Of a DNA stretch of 64,000 nt, positions 21,816-33,530 are shown piece after piece (the stretch's first letter is position 1; each line of letters opens with the position of its first letter). This DNA is from an uncultured Planctomycetaceae bacterium. Its GTDB lineage: Bacteria; Planctomycetota; Planctomycetia; Pirellulales; PALSA-1355. The DNA lies in assembly GCA_963785305.1 (NCBI GenBank), contig CAWAUV010000007.1, forward strand, positions 992,001-1,056,000, read 5' to 3'. The notes beneath the pieces are model-generated. The model had not been told where the DNA came from. It worked only from the letters and a program-made list of their open reading frames with translations, and did no database searches. A program made the position numbers and the translations under genes.

Positions 21816-22808
21816 CGGGACTAATCCTCAGGAGGCGCCTGGAGCCGAAGTCGATCGGGCGACGGGCATCGCCAAGCCGCGAATTCTCGTGAAGTTCGGA
21901 CTCGATCGAATTGTACGTCGCAAAAACGCGACGTGGGCGGATCGAAGATCGATTATGCCGCAGGCAGGGGTTGTGCAAAGAACGCGAATCGCCGGAAAGA
22001 TACGACGGCACTCGAGCGGAAATTGCGCCGCCAAGCCTCGCCGAACGGCTGGAAGGGGCTCGTGCCCATCGGCGCCATCTTGACTCGACACTGGACCATG
22101 ACGTTGTGCAATCACTTGGCGAACCAAAACGCGGCAATCAGGTGGCGATTGGTCGACTCTCTCTCGGGGGCGGATAGTCTCTCGGGGCAAGCCTCGCAAA
22201 CAATGCTCGACTCGCCCATGGGGGGAAGCGCGATGGCGGGAACATTAGCGAAATCGCGACGCGACGCCAAACGCAATTTTGCGGTCGACCGCGAGCCAAC
22301 GGATTGCCGGGGACCTTGGGGCGGGTCAAACATGGGGGTGGGTCGAAAAATCGGGGCGGGCTCCGGGGGCCGGAAATCCTTGGAAAACCGGCGAATCCTT
22401 CGCAAAGAGGCTAAAGTCCGTAAGCCGGAAAAATCGCGCCAAACGCAAATCATACCGCAAGTCGAATCGCTCCCATAGTGCCTATCGGCCAGTCCGCTCA
22501 TTAAAATATCGGTAGCTCGACACTTACGCGATTCGCCTCCCCGTGTTCCGAAGTTCGCCGAAAGCCCCTGTTTTTCTCCCTCGCGAAGGGGCAAATCGGT
22601 TGAACTTTGCCCAGCGCCAACAGATAATCTGGAAGCGGCTTCTTGTTTTTTCGTCGATCGACCGGGCGGCGCCACTTCGGCCGCGATGGCTCTATTTTGA
22701 TTCTGTTTCGTTTCGATTCGATTTCGATGGCGTGCCGCTCGCCCCGCGCAGGGGAGGGCGCTGCGCAGAACGTCGAATTTGCCGGGCGAATTCGCCAGGG
22801 ACCATGCA

Positions 22809-24648
22809 ATGACGCCGGATTTCAATCCCTATACGGATTGGCTGGGAATTCCTCGAGAGGCTCAGCCCGCGAATCATTACCGCTTGCTGGGGCTCAAACG
22901 CTTCGAGCCCGAGAACGCGACGATCGCCGCGGCGGCTGATAAACGGCTGAAACTCTTGCGCTCGCATGCTGCTGGCGCCCATGCCGCCGAGGCCAAGAAA
23001 CTTTTTCGCGAAGTCGCGGCGGCCAAGGAGTGTCTGCTCAACGCCGAGACCCGCGCCGCCTATGATGCCCGCTTGCAGGCCGCCGCCGAGCGACTGGCCC
23101 GCTCGCGACAATCGGGCGCCAGCCCCGCCCCGGCCGTAACTCGCCCCGCCCCCGCCGCCGCGGCCACTCCCGCGGCGGCGACATTGCCCGCGACAAAGAC
23201 TTTGCCCACGGCGGCGCCCGCGAATGGCGCCGCCAAGAATCGCGCTCGGCCCGCGGCGGTTGCCGCGGGTCCACCGCCGGCGCCTCCCCCGCCACCGCCC
23301 GCCGCGCCGCCGCCTCCACCGATTGCGCCGCTCGCCGACGAAACGGTCGCGGGCTTCGCGAGCTTGGAAGATATCACGTCGACCGTCTATGCCCCGCGCT
23401 TCGCGACTCCCTCGCGAGCGAAGTCCAAGACCGGCGCCGCCAAGAGCAGCGCCACAATGAAAGCGGTCGGCAAGGGCGTCGCGAGCAAGAGCGGCGCGAA
23501 AGGCGCTGCTATCAAAGGCGCCGCGCGAAACGGGCGAACCCAACGCGGCGCCGCCGGTTCCGACGAAGCCTCGTCGTCGGGTCGGAAGAAACTGTTGATC
23601 TTCTCCGGCGCTGGACTGCTGGTCGCGCTCGTGGCCAGCCTTGGCGTTTGGATGGCGCTCTCCAAGGCGCCCGACAAAACCGCCCTGGCCAGCGCGACGG
23701 CCCCCGACGACAAGGCTCTCGACGGCAAGGCTCGGGCCTCGGTTTCCGCCGCCGACGGCCTGCCCGATGACAAGAACGACGCGAGCGATAAAAACGTATC
23801 GAGTAACAATGCCGCGGCAAACTTGAGGCGCCGCCGCCGATGCGCCTTCCGCCGCGGGCGTCGCCACGGCGCCCGCCTCCGACGCCAGTGACAGTCTCGA
23901 CGCCCCCCCGGCCGGCGCCGGCGTCGCCGATCCGGCCGTATTCGACGCCGCCGAGTCGACCGGAGATCTCGACCTCGTGAAACAGGCCCTCGCGGCGGGC
24001 ATGAATATCGAGGCCCGCGACCCGAGCGGCCGCACTCTGCTTCGCCGCGCCGTGATGGGCGGCCACGGCGACTTGATCGAGCATCTGCTCAATGCCAAGG
24101 CCGATGTGAACACGGCCGACGACCTGGGCGAAACCCCGCTGATGTCGGCCGTGCAACGCGGCGACGTGAAGCTCGCAAGCCTGCTGCTCAGTTCGGGCGC
24201 CAATCCCAACGCGCGAACCTTGGCCGACGAAGAGCAGCGCATCGGCGGGCTGGGCGCCTTGCATCTGGCGGCCCGGGTCGGCAACGCGGAGCTCGTGAAG
24301 CTGCTGCTGGAAGAAAAAGCCGATCCCAATCTCGCGACCGCCGCCGGCGCCACGCCGCTGATGATCGCCGCTTGGCAGGCGAATCCGCCGGTCGTGCAAG
24401 CCCTGCTGCAAGCCAAGGCCGACGGATCGCTCAAGGACAACGATGGTCAAACCGTGCTCATGTACGGTGTGCAGGGCGGCGATGAAGACGTGGTGAAGCT
24501 ATTGCTCTCGCGCGAGGAGGTGATGGTCCTCGGCAAGAGCCAACAAGGCGCCACCGCCTTGGGAATCGCCTTGGCCAAACGCTCGCCCGAACTGGTGACG
24601 CTCCTGCGCGACGCGGCCAAACGAGAAGCCCCGAAGCTGGATTTCTGA
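22809..24648 (+). CDS. J-domain-like / Pro-Ala linker / TM / ankyrin-repeat protein (indel near 23830)
   Basis: NPYTDWLGIP...NHYRLLGL...RAAYD N-terminus, TM segment LLIFSGAGLLVALVASLGVWM, and ankyrin repeats (GRTLL, GETPLM, ALHLAA, GATPLM, GQTVLM, GATAL). Confidence 0.8.
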
Positions 24649-24705
24649 CGCGTGGCGACAAACGGCGCGGCCCACGATGCTGTTGGAGCCTATCCGACAA
24701 CTCCT

Positions 24706-24740
24706 CCTCTCCCCATATGGGAGAGGGTAGAGCGAGGGGG
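24706..24740. repeat. REP-like palindromic element
   Basis: CCTCTCCC-CATAT-GGGAGAGG followed by GTAGAGCGAGGGGG, in an intergenic position. Confidence 0.6.
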
Positions 24741-24811
24741 GCGCCGAAGTTCTCGATAAGGCCCTTCCTCGCGCAGACTTCCGGACAACAAGCTCTTTGA
24801 CGGGCGTCGGA

Positions 24812-25795
24812 ATGAAATTGCGGCCTCAGCGGCGATCAGAAGGGCGACCGCGTTTCCGCTGGGCGGTGTGCGCTCTCTTCGTCGCCGTCAATATTGCCAT
24901 GCTGGCAACCATCGTGTTTTTGTCGCTGGCGCTTGCGGGGCAAAATCGGCTCATTCGCACGATGGCCGAAATCCGAAATCTCGGCGGGAGTTTCTCGACC
25001 ACGGAGGCCATTGCTCCGCTCAATTGGGTCGGCTGTTCGGTGATCGATAGGGTTTACCTTCACAATATCAAGGACGAAGCCCTCGACTCGGTGTTCCGCC
25101 GGGCTTGCCGGAGCGAGGCTCTCGAAAAGGTGTATTTGGATAACTCGTGGATCACCGATGCCGGGCTTGCGGAAATGCCGCGGACTCGCGCGAGCTGGAT
25201 CGATCTTAAGGGCACTCATATCACGAGTCGCGCCGCGGAACTGTTGCCGTCGACCTATGTCACGCACTTGGACTTGTCGAGCACAAAGATCGACGACGCT
25301 GCGATCGCTCCACTCGCCAAATGTTCGCAGCTCGAAAGTTTGATCGTGTGCGACACGCAATTAACGAGTCGCGGAACGCGGTCCCTTCCCGCGATTCGGT
25401 CGCTCACGGTGTTCTGGGCCAATCGCACGGCGCTCGATAACGAGTCGGCGCGCGCCCTCGCACAGTGCCCGCAATTACTGTCGCTAAGTCTCGCGGAAAC
25501 GCGGTTCGAAGATTCGGGCCTCGAGCACATCGGCAAGCTCGCGAACTTGTATTCGCTCGATCTATCACGCCTCCCGATTACCGATCGTGGCCTGGAGCAT
25601 CTCTCCGGGCTGTCGAAGCTGGGCGTGCTCGACCTGAACTATACCGAGGTCACCTCCATTTCGACCGTAGCACTGCAAAAACTGTCTTCCTTAAAACACC
25701 TAGACGTCCGCGGCACTCCGCTTGCCGGCCTGGGAAAAACCGCGCTAGAGAGTTTGCTCCCCGGCGTAACTGTCACCACGAACGACGCTCACTGA
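24812..25795 (+). CDS. Leucine-rich-repeat protein with N-terminal TM helix
   Basis: Repeated LxxLxLxxTxITDxGL units. Confidence 0.88.
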   Translation: MKLRPQRRSEGRPRFRWAVCALFVAVNIAMLATIVFLSLALAGQNRLIRTMAEIRNLGGSFSTTEAIAPLNWVGCSVIDRVYLHNIKDEALDSVFRRACRSEALEKVYLDNSWITDAGLAEMPRTRASWIDLKGTHITSRAAELLPSTYVTHLDLSSTKIDDAAIAPLAKCSQLESLIVCDTQLTSRGTRSLPAIRSLTVFWANRTALDNESARALAQCPQLLSLSLAETRFEDSGLEHIGKLANLYSLDLSRLPITDRGLEHLSGLSKLGVLDLNYTEVTSISTVALQKLSSLKHLDVRGTPLAGLGKTALESLLPGVTVTTNDAH

Positions 25796-26147
25796 ACGCC
25801 CGGCGCTAGAAGTCCGATCAGCAGCCAGACCACGAATCCGCCCAGGGCGCCCCAGGTTTTGCGTTGAAACGGCGCCATGATCGCCATGCCGAGCCAAATC
25901 GTGGCCGATGGCCGCGCCCGCGAGTCGCGCCGGCTGACGCAACGCCCACTCGCGCATTCGCACGAAATCCAAGGGCACTCGCGGCAACCGACCGGAGCTT
26001 GACGAACCCAATCGCCGGCAACGAGGACCCGGGGGACCCGCGTCGATTGATATCCGCAGGCTGCCCGCCAAAGCTCCAACACAAGTCTGACGCGCGAGCG
26101 AAGGAATTCTTTTGCTTGCGCTTCAAGCTTGTGTATTTTGCGATCCG

Positions 26148-26435
26148 TCACTTGGTCGGGGTCTCTCTCCGCGGCGCCAACCGAATCGCGAGCCAAGGAA
26201 AGAAAAAGAACAGGATCACCAGAATCTTGCACAACGCCAAGCAGCAATACAGGATCACGTCCATTTCGTGTTTCGAGATGCCGAACATCGGGCCATGTAG
26301 CCGGTAAAGCGCGTCGCCAGCGAACACCACGATGCCGAGCCAAAGCATCAATAGCGCGAACCCAAGAAGCCAACAGCGAAGAAGCACCCGCGCGACGACG
26401 CTCAGCCATTCGTTGGACGGACTCGGCATGGGCAT
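26148..26435 (-). CDS. Small membrane protein (DUF6868-like)
   Basis: GGAGG RBS; sequence LLRCWLLGFALLMLW...YRLHGPMFGIS...KILVILFFFFPWLAI. Confidence 0.7.
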   Translation of the reverse strand: MPMPSPSNEWLSVVARVLLRCWLLGFALLMLWLGIVVFAGDALYRLHGPMFGISKHEMDVILYCCLALCKILVILFFFFPWLAIRLAPRRETPTK

Positions 26436-26854
26436 CGGAGCACCTCCCGGGGGATCGCGGCGCCGGCAGCGCCTCGGATTCGAGAACCGTGACATTGTAC
26501 CCCAACCACCACGGCGGGACCGTGGCCGAAGGGCGACGACTCACGCCGACCCGACGAACCAGGGGCCACGGAAGAAACGAAATCAGCCGCGCCGCGCGGT
26601 GCTTTGTTTTGTTCCCCGTCGTGCTGCCGTGGCCGTCGCGGCCGTTGTGTTGATTGCTTGCTGTTCTCGCCGAAGAGTCTGGCAAGGAAACGCTTCCACC
26701 AAGACGGGCACGACGACCCGACGAATGAAGCTCGCCAATGGGCCGGGAGAATCAGCAAGCCGAGATGGCCTTACGACGCGGTCAACGGCCAGCCGTCGCC
26801 CTGTTTTCGAAATCCATAAAACCGCCTCGCTTTCACACATCCGCATCGAGTTTT

Positions 26855-27319
26855 TCAAGGCGCCATTTCCCCGCCGCGGGGTTTTTGGCGGGCGGTCGGG
26901 CGGGGCTTGGGTTTCTTGAGGCTGGCTTGCTTCATCGCCGCGGCCTGCTCGGCGGTGATCGGGCCGTCGACGCGGAAGGCGTCGACGATCAGCAGCGGCT
27001 TGGCGGGCGGGTCGCCGGGCAGGCTGAGGAAATCTTCTACCGGCGGAAGCGAGGCGGCGCGGCGGGGAGATGCGCCGGCGGCGGGCATTCCATCGTCGCC
27101 GGCCGGCATCGAGGCGTCGGCTTCCATCGCGCCGTCCGACGGCATTCCCGCGTCGGGCGCCATCGCCGCATCGGCGGGCGCTGCTTTTCGGAACTTGCCT
27201 CGCGGCGTCGGTTTGGCAAGCGCCGAGCCGGTTACCGCCGAGCTGGCGATCGCCAGCACGCCCAGGGCGGCAAGCGTTAAACACCACTGCCATCGCAATC
27301 GGAGCATTCCACGCGCCAT
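26855..27319 (-). CDS. Secreted low-complexity hypothetical protein
   Basis: Signal-like N-terminus followed by an Ala/Met/Pro/Asp-rich segment. The 3' end may be shifted. Confidence 0.5.
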   Translation of the reverse strand: MARGMLRLRWQWCLTLAALGVLAIASSAVTGSALAKPTPRGKFRKAAPADAAMAPDAGMPSDGAMEADASMPAGDDGMPAAGASPRRAASLPPVEDFLSLPGDPPAKPLLIVDAFRVDGPITAEQAAAMKQASLKKPKPRPTARQKPRGGEMAP

Positions 27320-27493
27320 GACACGGACTCCCGAGTGGGTTGGTTCGCTCGAACGGCTGAACTCCCCTTATTCTGCCCGATGCGACGCCGGCGAGCAAAT
27401 TATTTCTGGCGTTCGCCGGGCATCCGGGCATCGGAAAGCGGCGCCGCGTGAAAGCGCGCGAGCAGCCTGGAATTCCGAGCTGCCGCCCGGCGA

Positions 27494-28834
27494 CTACTTG
27501 CCGCTCGGCTCCGAACTGCCGGTGAGCGGCTTGAGCCGCACTTTCCGGTAGCGAACATGCTGCTTCGTCAAATCGCCGCCGCCGTGGACTTGCAGGGCCA
27601 CGCTCCCGGCGTCTGGATGCCGCTTCTCGGTGTCGCTCCAGTCCATGAACTTCACGCCGTTGATATAGGTGGTCACATGCGGCGGGTTGGCGACGATGCG
27701 GGCCCGCAGTTCGTTCCACTGGTCATGTTTCCAAAAAGCCGGCCACGCCTCGGGCGAAATCGGCAGCGGAGTCGGAGCTTCGCGCGGTTCGATGCGGGTC
27801 ACATCGTCGAGAAATTTGAAGTTGGCCACATTGATCTTGCCCGAGAGTCCCTCGCCATAGACGCCGGCCAGATTGCCGCCTTTGTGATAATCGACCATGT
27901 ACTGATAGGCTTGGCCGCGCTCGTTGCTCCGCAGGAACAGGCCGGAATCGGGACCGAAATCGTTCTCCATTTCCAGGGCGACTTCGAAATCGGTGAACTG
28001 CTCGTCGGTGAGAATAATGCCGCCGTTGCCGGGAATGTCTTGGCTGCCGACGATCACGCCGTCTTCGCGCACCCAGCGCCCGCCGGTCTTGTTGCCCGAG
28101 GCGCGGCTGTGCCCGGTCTGGCTGCTGACATGCCAACCTGTGAGGTCGGAATCGTTGCCCAAGAGGCGAAAACCGATCTCGGTGGCGACGATGTTCTTGA
28201 ATTCGTGCTGCCCGCCACCGGTTTCCACTTCGCATTGAATGCCGATGAAGCCTTCGGGATTGGCGAGGCCCGACGCTTTCCAGGCGGTCTTGCCGTTGAT
28301 TTCGGTTTCCGCGGCGTCGCCGATCACGGTGATGCGGAAATGGTTCCACTCGCCAGCGGGCTTGATGAGCCCGGTGCTACTGGCGCCTTTGAGTTCCTTG
28401 AGGTTGCCTTCCTGGCCTTGCTTCAAGTTGATCTGGTAGCGATTGGGAAACTGCTGCCCAGGCTTGCTCGGCATGAGGGCGCGAACATAGAAACCGGAGT
28501 CGTAGAAGGCATCGGCCTTACGGGGCCGCCAATCGAACTCGACGACAAAATCGGTGTAAAGCTGCTGGGCCCGCAGCCAGCCGTTGCCGGAGCGAACGAC
28601 GATTGCGCCCTCCTCGACGCCCGCGTTGCAGCCATATACTTGCCAGCCTTCGAGGTCCACTCCATTGAAGAGCACATGGCGATAGCCGGCCTTGGCGGCT
28701 TCGGCGCTGGCGGTTTTGACACTGGCGGTTTCAGCCGCCGGGGCGAGCGAGCTTCCAAGGCTCAGCGGTAACATGAACGCCGCGAGCGGGAACAGGGCCG
28801 CGAGCCGAGCAAGACGCTTCTGGGAGCAGGACAT
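27494..28834 (-). CDS. Tandem DUF1080 (3-keto-disaccharide hydrolase-like) protein
   Basis: Signal peptide, then two domains with LFNGVDLEGW / DSGF / GEWNHF / GFIGIQ and DLTGW / DSGLF / QWNEL / VALQVH motifs. Confidence 0.9.
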   Translation of the reverse strand: MSCSQKRLARLAALFPLAAFMLPLSLGSSLAPAAETASVKTASAEAAKAGYRHVLFNGVDLEGWQVYGCNAGVEEGAIVVRSGNGWLRAQQLYTDFVVEFDWRPRKADAFYDSGFYVRALMPSKPGQQFPNRYQINLKQGQEGNLKELKGASSTGLIKPAGEWNHFRITVIGDAAETEINGKTAWKASGLANPEGFIGIQCEVETGGGQHEFKNIVATEIGFRLLGNDSDLTGWHVSSQTGHSRASGNKTGGRWVREDGVIVGSQDIPGNGGIILTDEQFTDFEVALEMENDFGPDSGLFLRSNERGQAYQYMVDYHKGGNLAGVYGEGLSGKINVANFKFLDDVTRIEPREAPTPLPISPEAWPAFWKHDQWNELRARIVANPPHVTTYINGVKFMDWSDTEKRHPDAGSVALQVHGGGDLTKQHVRYRKVRLKPLTGSSEPSGK

Positions 28835-28880
28835 GGGTGGGAGACTCCGCGGGGAAGAATTGCTTGGGCGGCTGGGTTTG

Positions 28881-29353
28881 CTATTTGCCGGGCGCCTGAA
28901 ACTGGTTGAACGCCGCGAGCAGTTTTGGTTCGTCGGCGTGGCCTTCGTAGCCGGCCATCGCCACGGCGCCGCGCACCTTGGCAGCCTCGCGACGGCCGTT
29001 GATTTCGATCGCGCCGTCGCGTTCGATTTGCTTGGCGCGTCGGCCTGGCCGGGATCGAACGGATCGAAATAGACGAGCCAAATCGGCTTGTCGCCCACCA
29101 CGACTTCGAAGGTCCGCTCGTGGGCGATCGTGACCACTCCGGCCGCCAGTCGCGGCGCTTGACACATTAGCCCCTGACGCTCGAGCGCTGCCGGAAAACG
29201 CTCGATCGGCGCCGAGTGGTCGGTGGCCGTGAGATAGACCGTGTTGAAGAAGACAAACGCCATGCCGCCGCAGAGCGCCAGGCCAAATAAAATCGCGGCA
29301 ATCTTGCGCACCGAATGCGAAGGAAGCCCGGGCACATTTTCTGGGGTCGACAT
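28881..29353 (-). CDS. Hypothetical membrane-anchored protein (indel near 29035)
   Basis: GAGG precedes MSTPENV, followed by one TM segment. It continues in the 28881 frame to ...LLAAFNQFQAPGK*. Confidence 0.6.
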
Positions 29354-29508
29354 GGCGCCTCTTTCATCGGGCCGCGCTCCGCCGGGAGCGAGCCGCGGGG
29401 GGAAGGGAATTCTTGTTTCTGGGGGGAATCGAAGCGTAAATCTTAGAATATGGCCGCAAGCTTTACCATGCCGAGCCGCGCCGCCAAAACGAGGCGCCCC
29501 CGGCGGAG

Positions 29509-30333
29509 TCACGGCGTGAGATAGCGAATTAGGATATGACCCATGATTTGTTCGCCGGCGGCGCTGGCGTGGACCGCGTCGCGTTTCCAATAGTCGAGCG
29601 GCTCGCCGGCCGCGAGGACATATTCGCCCCAGGCGGCTTGCAGGTCGAGAAATCCACAGTGCATGTCGTCGGCCACTTCCGCCAATTGGCGTGCATAAGC
29701 GATGTCGTCTGGGTGCTCGTTCCGCCAGTCCTTGCCGTGGGTTGGGTCGCATCGTTCGCCGAAGGCGCCGGTCATCAGCAGGATATCGGCTTGCGACCGA
29801 GCCCGGATTTGTTCGACCACCGCGCGCACATTGTCGGCGGCGCCGTTGCTGATGCCGCCGATGATCACGAGATCGGGCCGATGATCGAGCACATATTTTT
29901 CGACATTGCCGGGTTCTCGATAAGAGCCGCAGCCGGTGCGATGGTTGACCGAAGTGAATTTTTCGATCGTGACTTTCGGGTTCTCCCGGTCGAACTCGAG
30001 ATCCCAGGCCGAACGACTCGTGTCTTTCATGATACTGTCGCCAAGCATCACCACCCGCAACACGCCGCCGTGGGTGAGAATTTCGTGCGTGCGGGGGAGG
30101 TTTTGCCAGCGATCGGAGGGCGGTTGATAATCGACCGGCGGCATCCAAGCATAAACGCAGATGGCGCGGCCGAGCCAGAAATACGGTCGGTCCGCATAGT
30201 AGCCATAGGAGATAATCCCGCCCAAGAAGCCCAAGAGAGCGATCGCGGTCACGGCGACGATCAGCAGGCGCCGAGCCCAAGGCCGGGGCCGCCGCGAGTT
30301 GGTTGTGTTGATTTCCGCTTTGCCTGGATCCAC
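29509..30333 (-). CDS. SGNH/GDSL hydrolase
   Basis: Block I LGDSI, block III PDLVIIGGISN, block V DAVH, and an N-terminal TM. Confidence 0.85.
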   Translation of the reverse strand: MDPGKAEINTTNSRRPRPWARRLLIVAVTAIALLGFLGGIISYGYYADRPYFWLGRAICVYAWMPPVDYQPPSDRWQNLPRTHEILTHGGVLRVVMLGDSIMKDTSRSAWDLEFDRENPKVTIEKFTSVNHRTGCGSYREPGNVEKYVLDHRPDLVIIGGISNGAADNVRAVVEQIRARSQADILLMTGAFGERCDPTHGKDWRNEHPDDIAYARQLAEVADDMHCGFLDLQAAWGEYVLAAGEPLDYWKRDAVHASAAGEQIMGHILIRYLTP

Positions 30334-30438
30334 GATCGTACATCACCTGAAAAAAAGCATTGCATTCGCCTCCAAGCATACCACCGATCGAGCCGCCCCG
30401 TGAACCAGCGCCGCCGGGCTTGGTCGGCTCGCGTGACA

Positions 30439-33356
30439 TCAAAATTCCTTCGCGGGCGACTTCGCGCGGGGCGGCCGAGGAACGGGCGGCGATGGAACTC
30501 GCTCGGGCGCGGCAGCCGGCGCGGGCGGCGCGGCGTTTGGCAGTGACGCGCTTGGCGCGGCGGCCTCGGGTTTTGTCGATTGTCCCCAGCCGGGCAAGGA
30601 AAACGGCAGTGCCGGAATCGCCGGCGGCGGCATCGCCACGCCCGACACTTCTTCGATCGCCGGCATTTCGATCACGGCATGGGCCAGTAGAAAGTTGGGC
30701 TGTAAGAGCGCCTCGACATTGATGCTCCGCAGCCACTTGAGCGCCGGAAGCTGATAGTTGGCGCTTCCGCCATCGGGCGTGGGCCCACCGCCTGGCAACA
30801 TCTTCGACGAAACCCAGGCCATGCCGCCGCTGGGGCTGGGCCGAAGTTCATACACGCCGCCCAAGGGATCGGCGAACTTGGCGCCGATCAGCCGCTCGGC
30901 CACATCGAGCGCCTGCTCGGGCGGCACATGCAGTTGCCGAATGAGCGAATTGATGAAATGCGCATTGCCGCGCGAGACGCTCGCCGCCCGGCTATAGCCC
31001 CAGCGGTTGATCGCGCCGCCGACTTTCGATTTGCCCAGATCGGCCGTGCGGAGCCAAAACTGGGCCGGCTGCGTGGCCGGCTCGAATCGTAGTTGCGGCG
31101 CCACTTCGTCGAGCAGCTCCCGCTGAAACGACATCAGCGTAAATGGACCATAAACCCGTCGCCAAATGCCAAGCAGCCCGCCCGAGTAGCCGGCCGGATC
31201 GGTCGGCCCGTTGGCGCCGGGCACAAGCGCCAAAAGGCCCGGAACCGGCCAGGCGCCGATATAGCCGCGAAATTCGAGTTGCGAGACAAGCATTCCGGCG
31301 AGCCCGCCGGGGGCGGCGATCGGCGGGCCATCGCGCAAGGCGCCAAAGAGCATGTGGTCGGGAGTGTTGAGTAGATTGCCGCCGCGGAGCGAGGCTTGCG
31401 CGGCGACCTCATCGCCCGGCACGCTCGCCAGCCGCTCGGTGAGCGGCGGACCCAACCACTTGGCGAGCGCGGCGTAGTGGGGCTCGGCGAGCGGAGCGGC
31501 TTGGGCGTCGACCGTGATTCGTTCGAGCCCCGGTTCATGGCCGGCGGCGCGTTGCACACCGATCAGCACCGGATCGAACCGCTCGAAGTCCTGTTGATAC
31601 GACGCTTGCAGCGCCGCGAGTCGCCGCGACTCGCTCGGAGTGATGCCGGTGATGGTGGCGTCGGGCGCGGGGAGATACGAGCCCAAGCGGCCGCGGGCCG
31701 AGTCGAAGAACTGGCCCTCGGTTTCGACGAGCCGGCTGCCGTCGGCCCGCTGGCCGAACCCGTCGGGCAGATATCCGCCGGCAATCAGTTCGGCCACGCT
31801 CTCACTCGGCGCGCCCTCGCCGCGCACCGCGAGCCGCGCCAGTTGCAACAACTCGACTTCCGCCGCCGAACGCGAGCGCCTGACGAGCTCGATCTGATAG
31901 TGGGGGTCGAGCAAGTTTCGCTGAAACGCTTCGGAGAGGAAGATAAACGCGGTGAAGTCGCGATCGAGCGGCATTGTCTGGCGAGCCGCGCGGAAGTCGG
32001 GCGCTTCGGACAGCGCTCGCTTGCCGCTGCCCGCTTCGACAAAACGCTCGGCAAGCACGCGGCTGGTGGTGAGCAGATGAAAATCGCCATCTTGCACATA
32101 AAACGAACGGATGCGATTGTCGGGCGTGTGCAGAAATAGAGCCGGCACTCCGCCGATGTCGAGTTTTTCCTCCCGCGCGGCCGGGTCGTTTTTCAGGGCT
32201 TCGGCCCGTTGTCGCATGAAATCGAATCGCAGGGCGTCGCTGTTCTTGGCTTGGAAGAGCATGCCCATCGCCGCGCCCTCGCGCTGGAAGGTGTCGAAGC
32301 CGATATAGGCCACATCGGCAATCACGCTCGGTCCGAGCGCTTTGGCCAGCGCACTTGCCGGGCGACGAGCTGGGTTTCGATCTGTTTGCCATTGTCGGTG
32401 TCGATGCCGCGCTCGAAGGCGAAGTTTTGCAATTGCCCCTGAACCGAGGCAAGCCGTTCGCGGAGCCAGAGAAAGTTCGTGAAGCTGCCGAAGCGCACAT
32501 AAAGACACTCGGCCGGCACATGCTCGGCGATCGGTTCGATGGCGATCTTGTCCGCCGGTGGCGGACCGGGCAGCGTTGGCGGCGCGAGCGCGGGCGGCAG
32601 CGGCAGATTGGCGGATTCGCTCGCGCCGCCGGCCAGCACCTCTTGGAGGATCTGTTTGCGCATCGCGTCGCCGCCCGTGACGAGGCTCAGCGCCTGGGTT
32701 CCGGCGCCGCCAACCGGCTGCCCGCCGGCAAGCGGATTGGGCAAGTTCAACCGCCGCGAAAGCATCCAGGTGAGATAATCGCGAACCTCGGTCGGGCCCT
32801 CGTTCGGGTCAAGCATTTTTTGCTCGCGCGAGGCATATTGCCGCCACCATTCGCCGAGCAGTCGGGCATGCGCGGCCGGATCGCTTCGTGGGGCGAGGGT
32901 TTGTTGCACGGGCTGCGTCATCTCGAGCGGCTCGGCGCCGCGGAAGAGAAAATAGACCGTCGTCCGCCGCGGCGCGGAAACGACTTCGCGAATGATCTGC
33001 CGCACCGGCGTCGATTCATAAGCGGGATACACGATCCGTCCCATGCGGTCGGACACCGTGGCCAGCGCCTGCGCGTCGGCGTCTTTACCGGCGCCGGTCA
33101 GCGGAATCTGTGCCCGGCCCACACCATAGGGCTCGCCGGCCACGAGCTCGATCTCGAGTTGCGGCTGCAAAAGCTGCTGCACGAGCGGGCGCTGAAAGAG
33201 CGGCCGATTGCGGAAGCCGCGCTGCGGAAACTGGGCCCACGCGGTGGCGCTTGCCAGTGAGCCGATGAGTCCTACCGCCAGCAGGGCGCTCAACACCGCT
33301 TTGGCGGGCCGGGTCGCAAGCCGCTCACGTGATCGAGACGAAATGATTGAAAGCAT
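30439..33356 (-). CDS. Large secreted planctomycete hypothetical protein (indel near 32365)
   Basis: Signal peptide and GEPYGVG and IEPIAEHVPAECLYVRFGSF motifs. ORFs 32322..33500 and 30439..32508 join. Confidence 0.8.
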
Positions 33357-33530
33357 GGCCCGTGCTCCGTCACCTTGAAGCCGAATAAAGCCGCGGAGCC
33401 GAGCCGCCGATGGCGACGCCCGCGGAGCTTCCATTGTCGAAGCATCCGCGGGCGGAGGCAAGCGGGCGCCGGGCCGCGTGAATCGAATTGCTTCCGCCAA
33501 GCAGGGCAGGGCAGTTCGCCAGCGCCGGCG

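Noticed and set aside
25789..26071. Possible small membrane protein ending WGALGGFVVWLLIGLLAPGVQ*
   Set aside because: The hydrophobic tail is suggestive, but it needs an indel and has no clear start or family, so it is not listed as a feature.
27494..30736. 1080-aa ORF as one giant protein
   Set aside because: It is a read-through composite. Its first part is an off-frame shadow of other genes, the middle is the 29353 gene joined by an indel, and only 28834-27494 is the DUF1080 protein.
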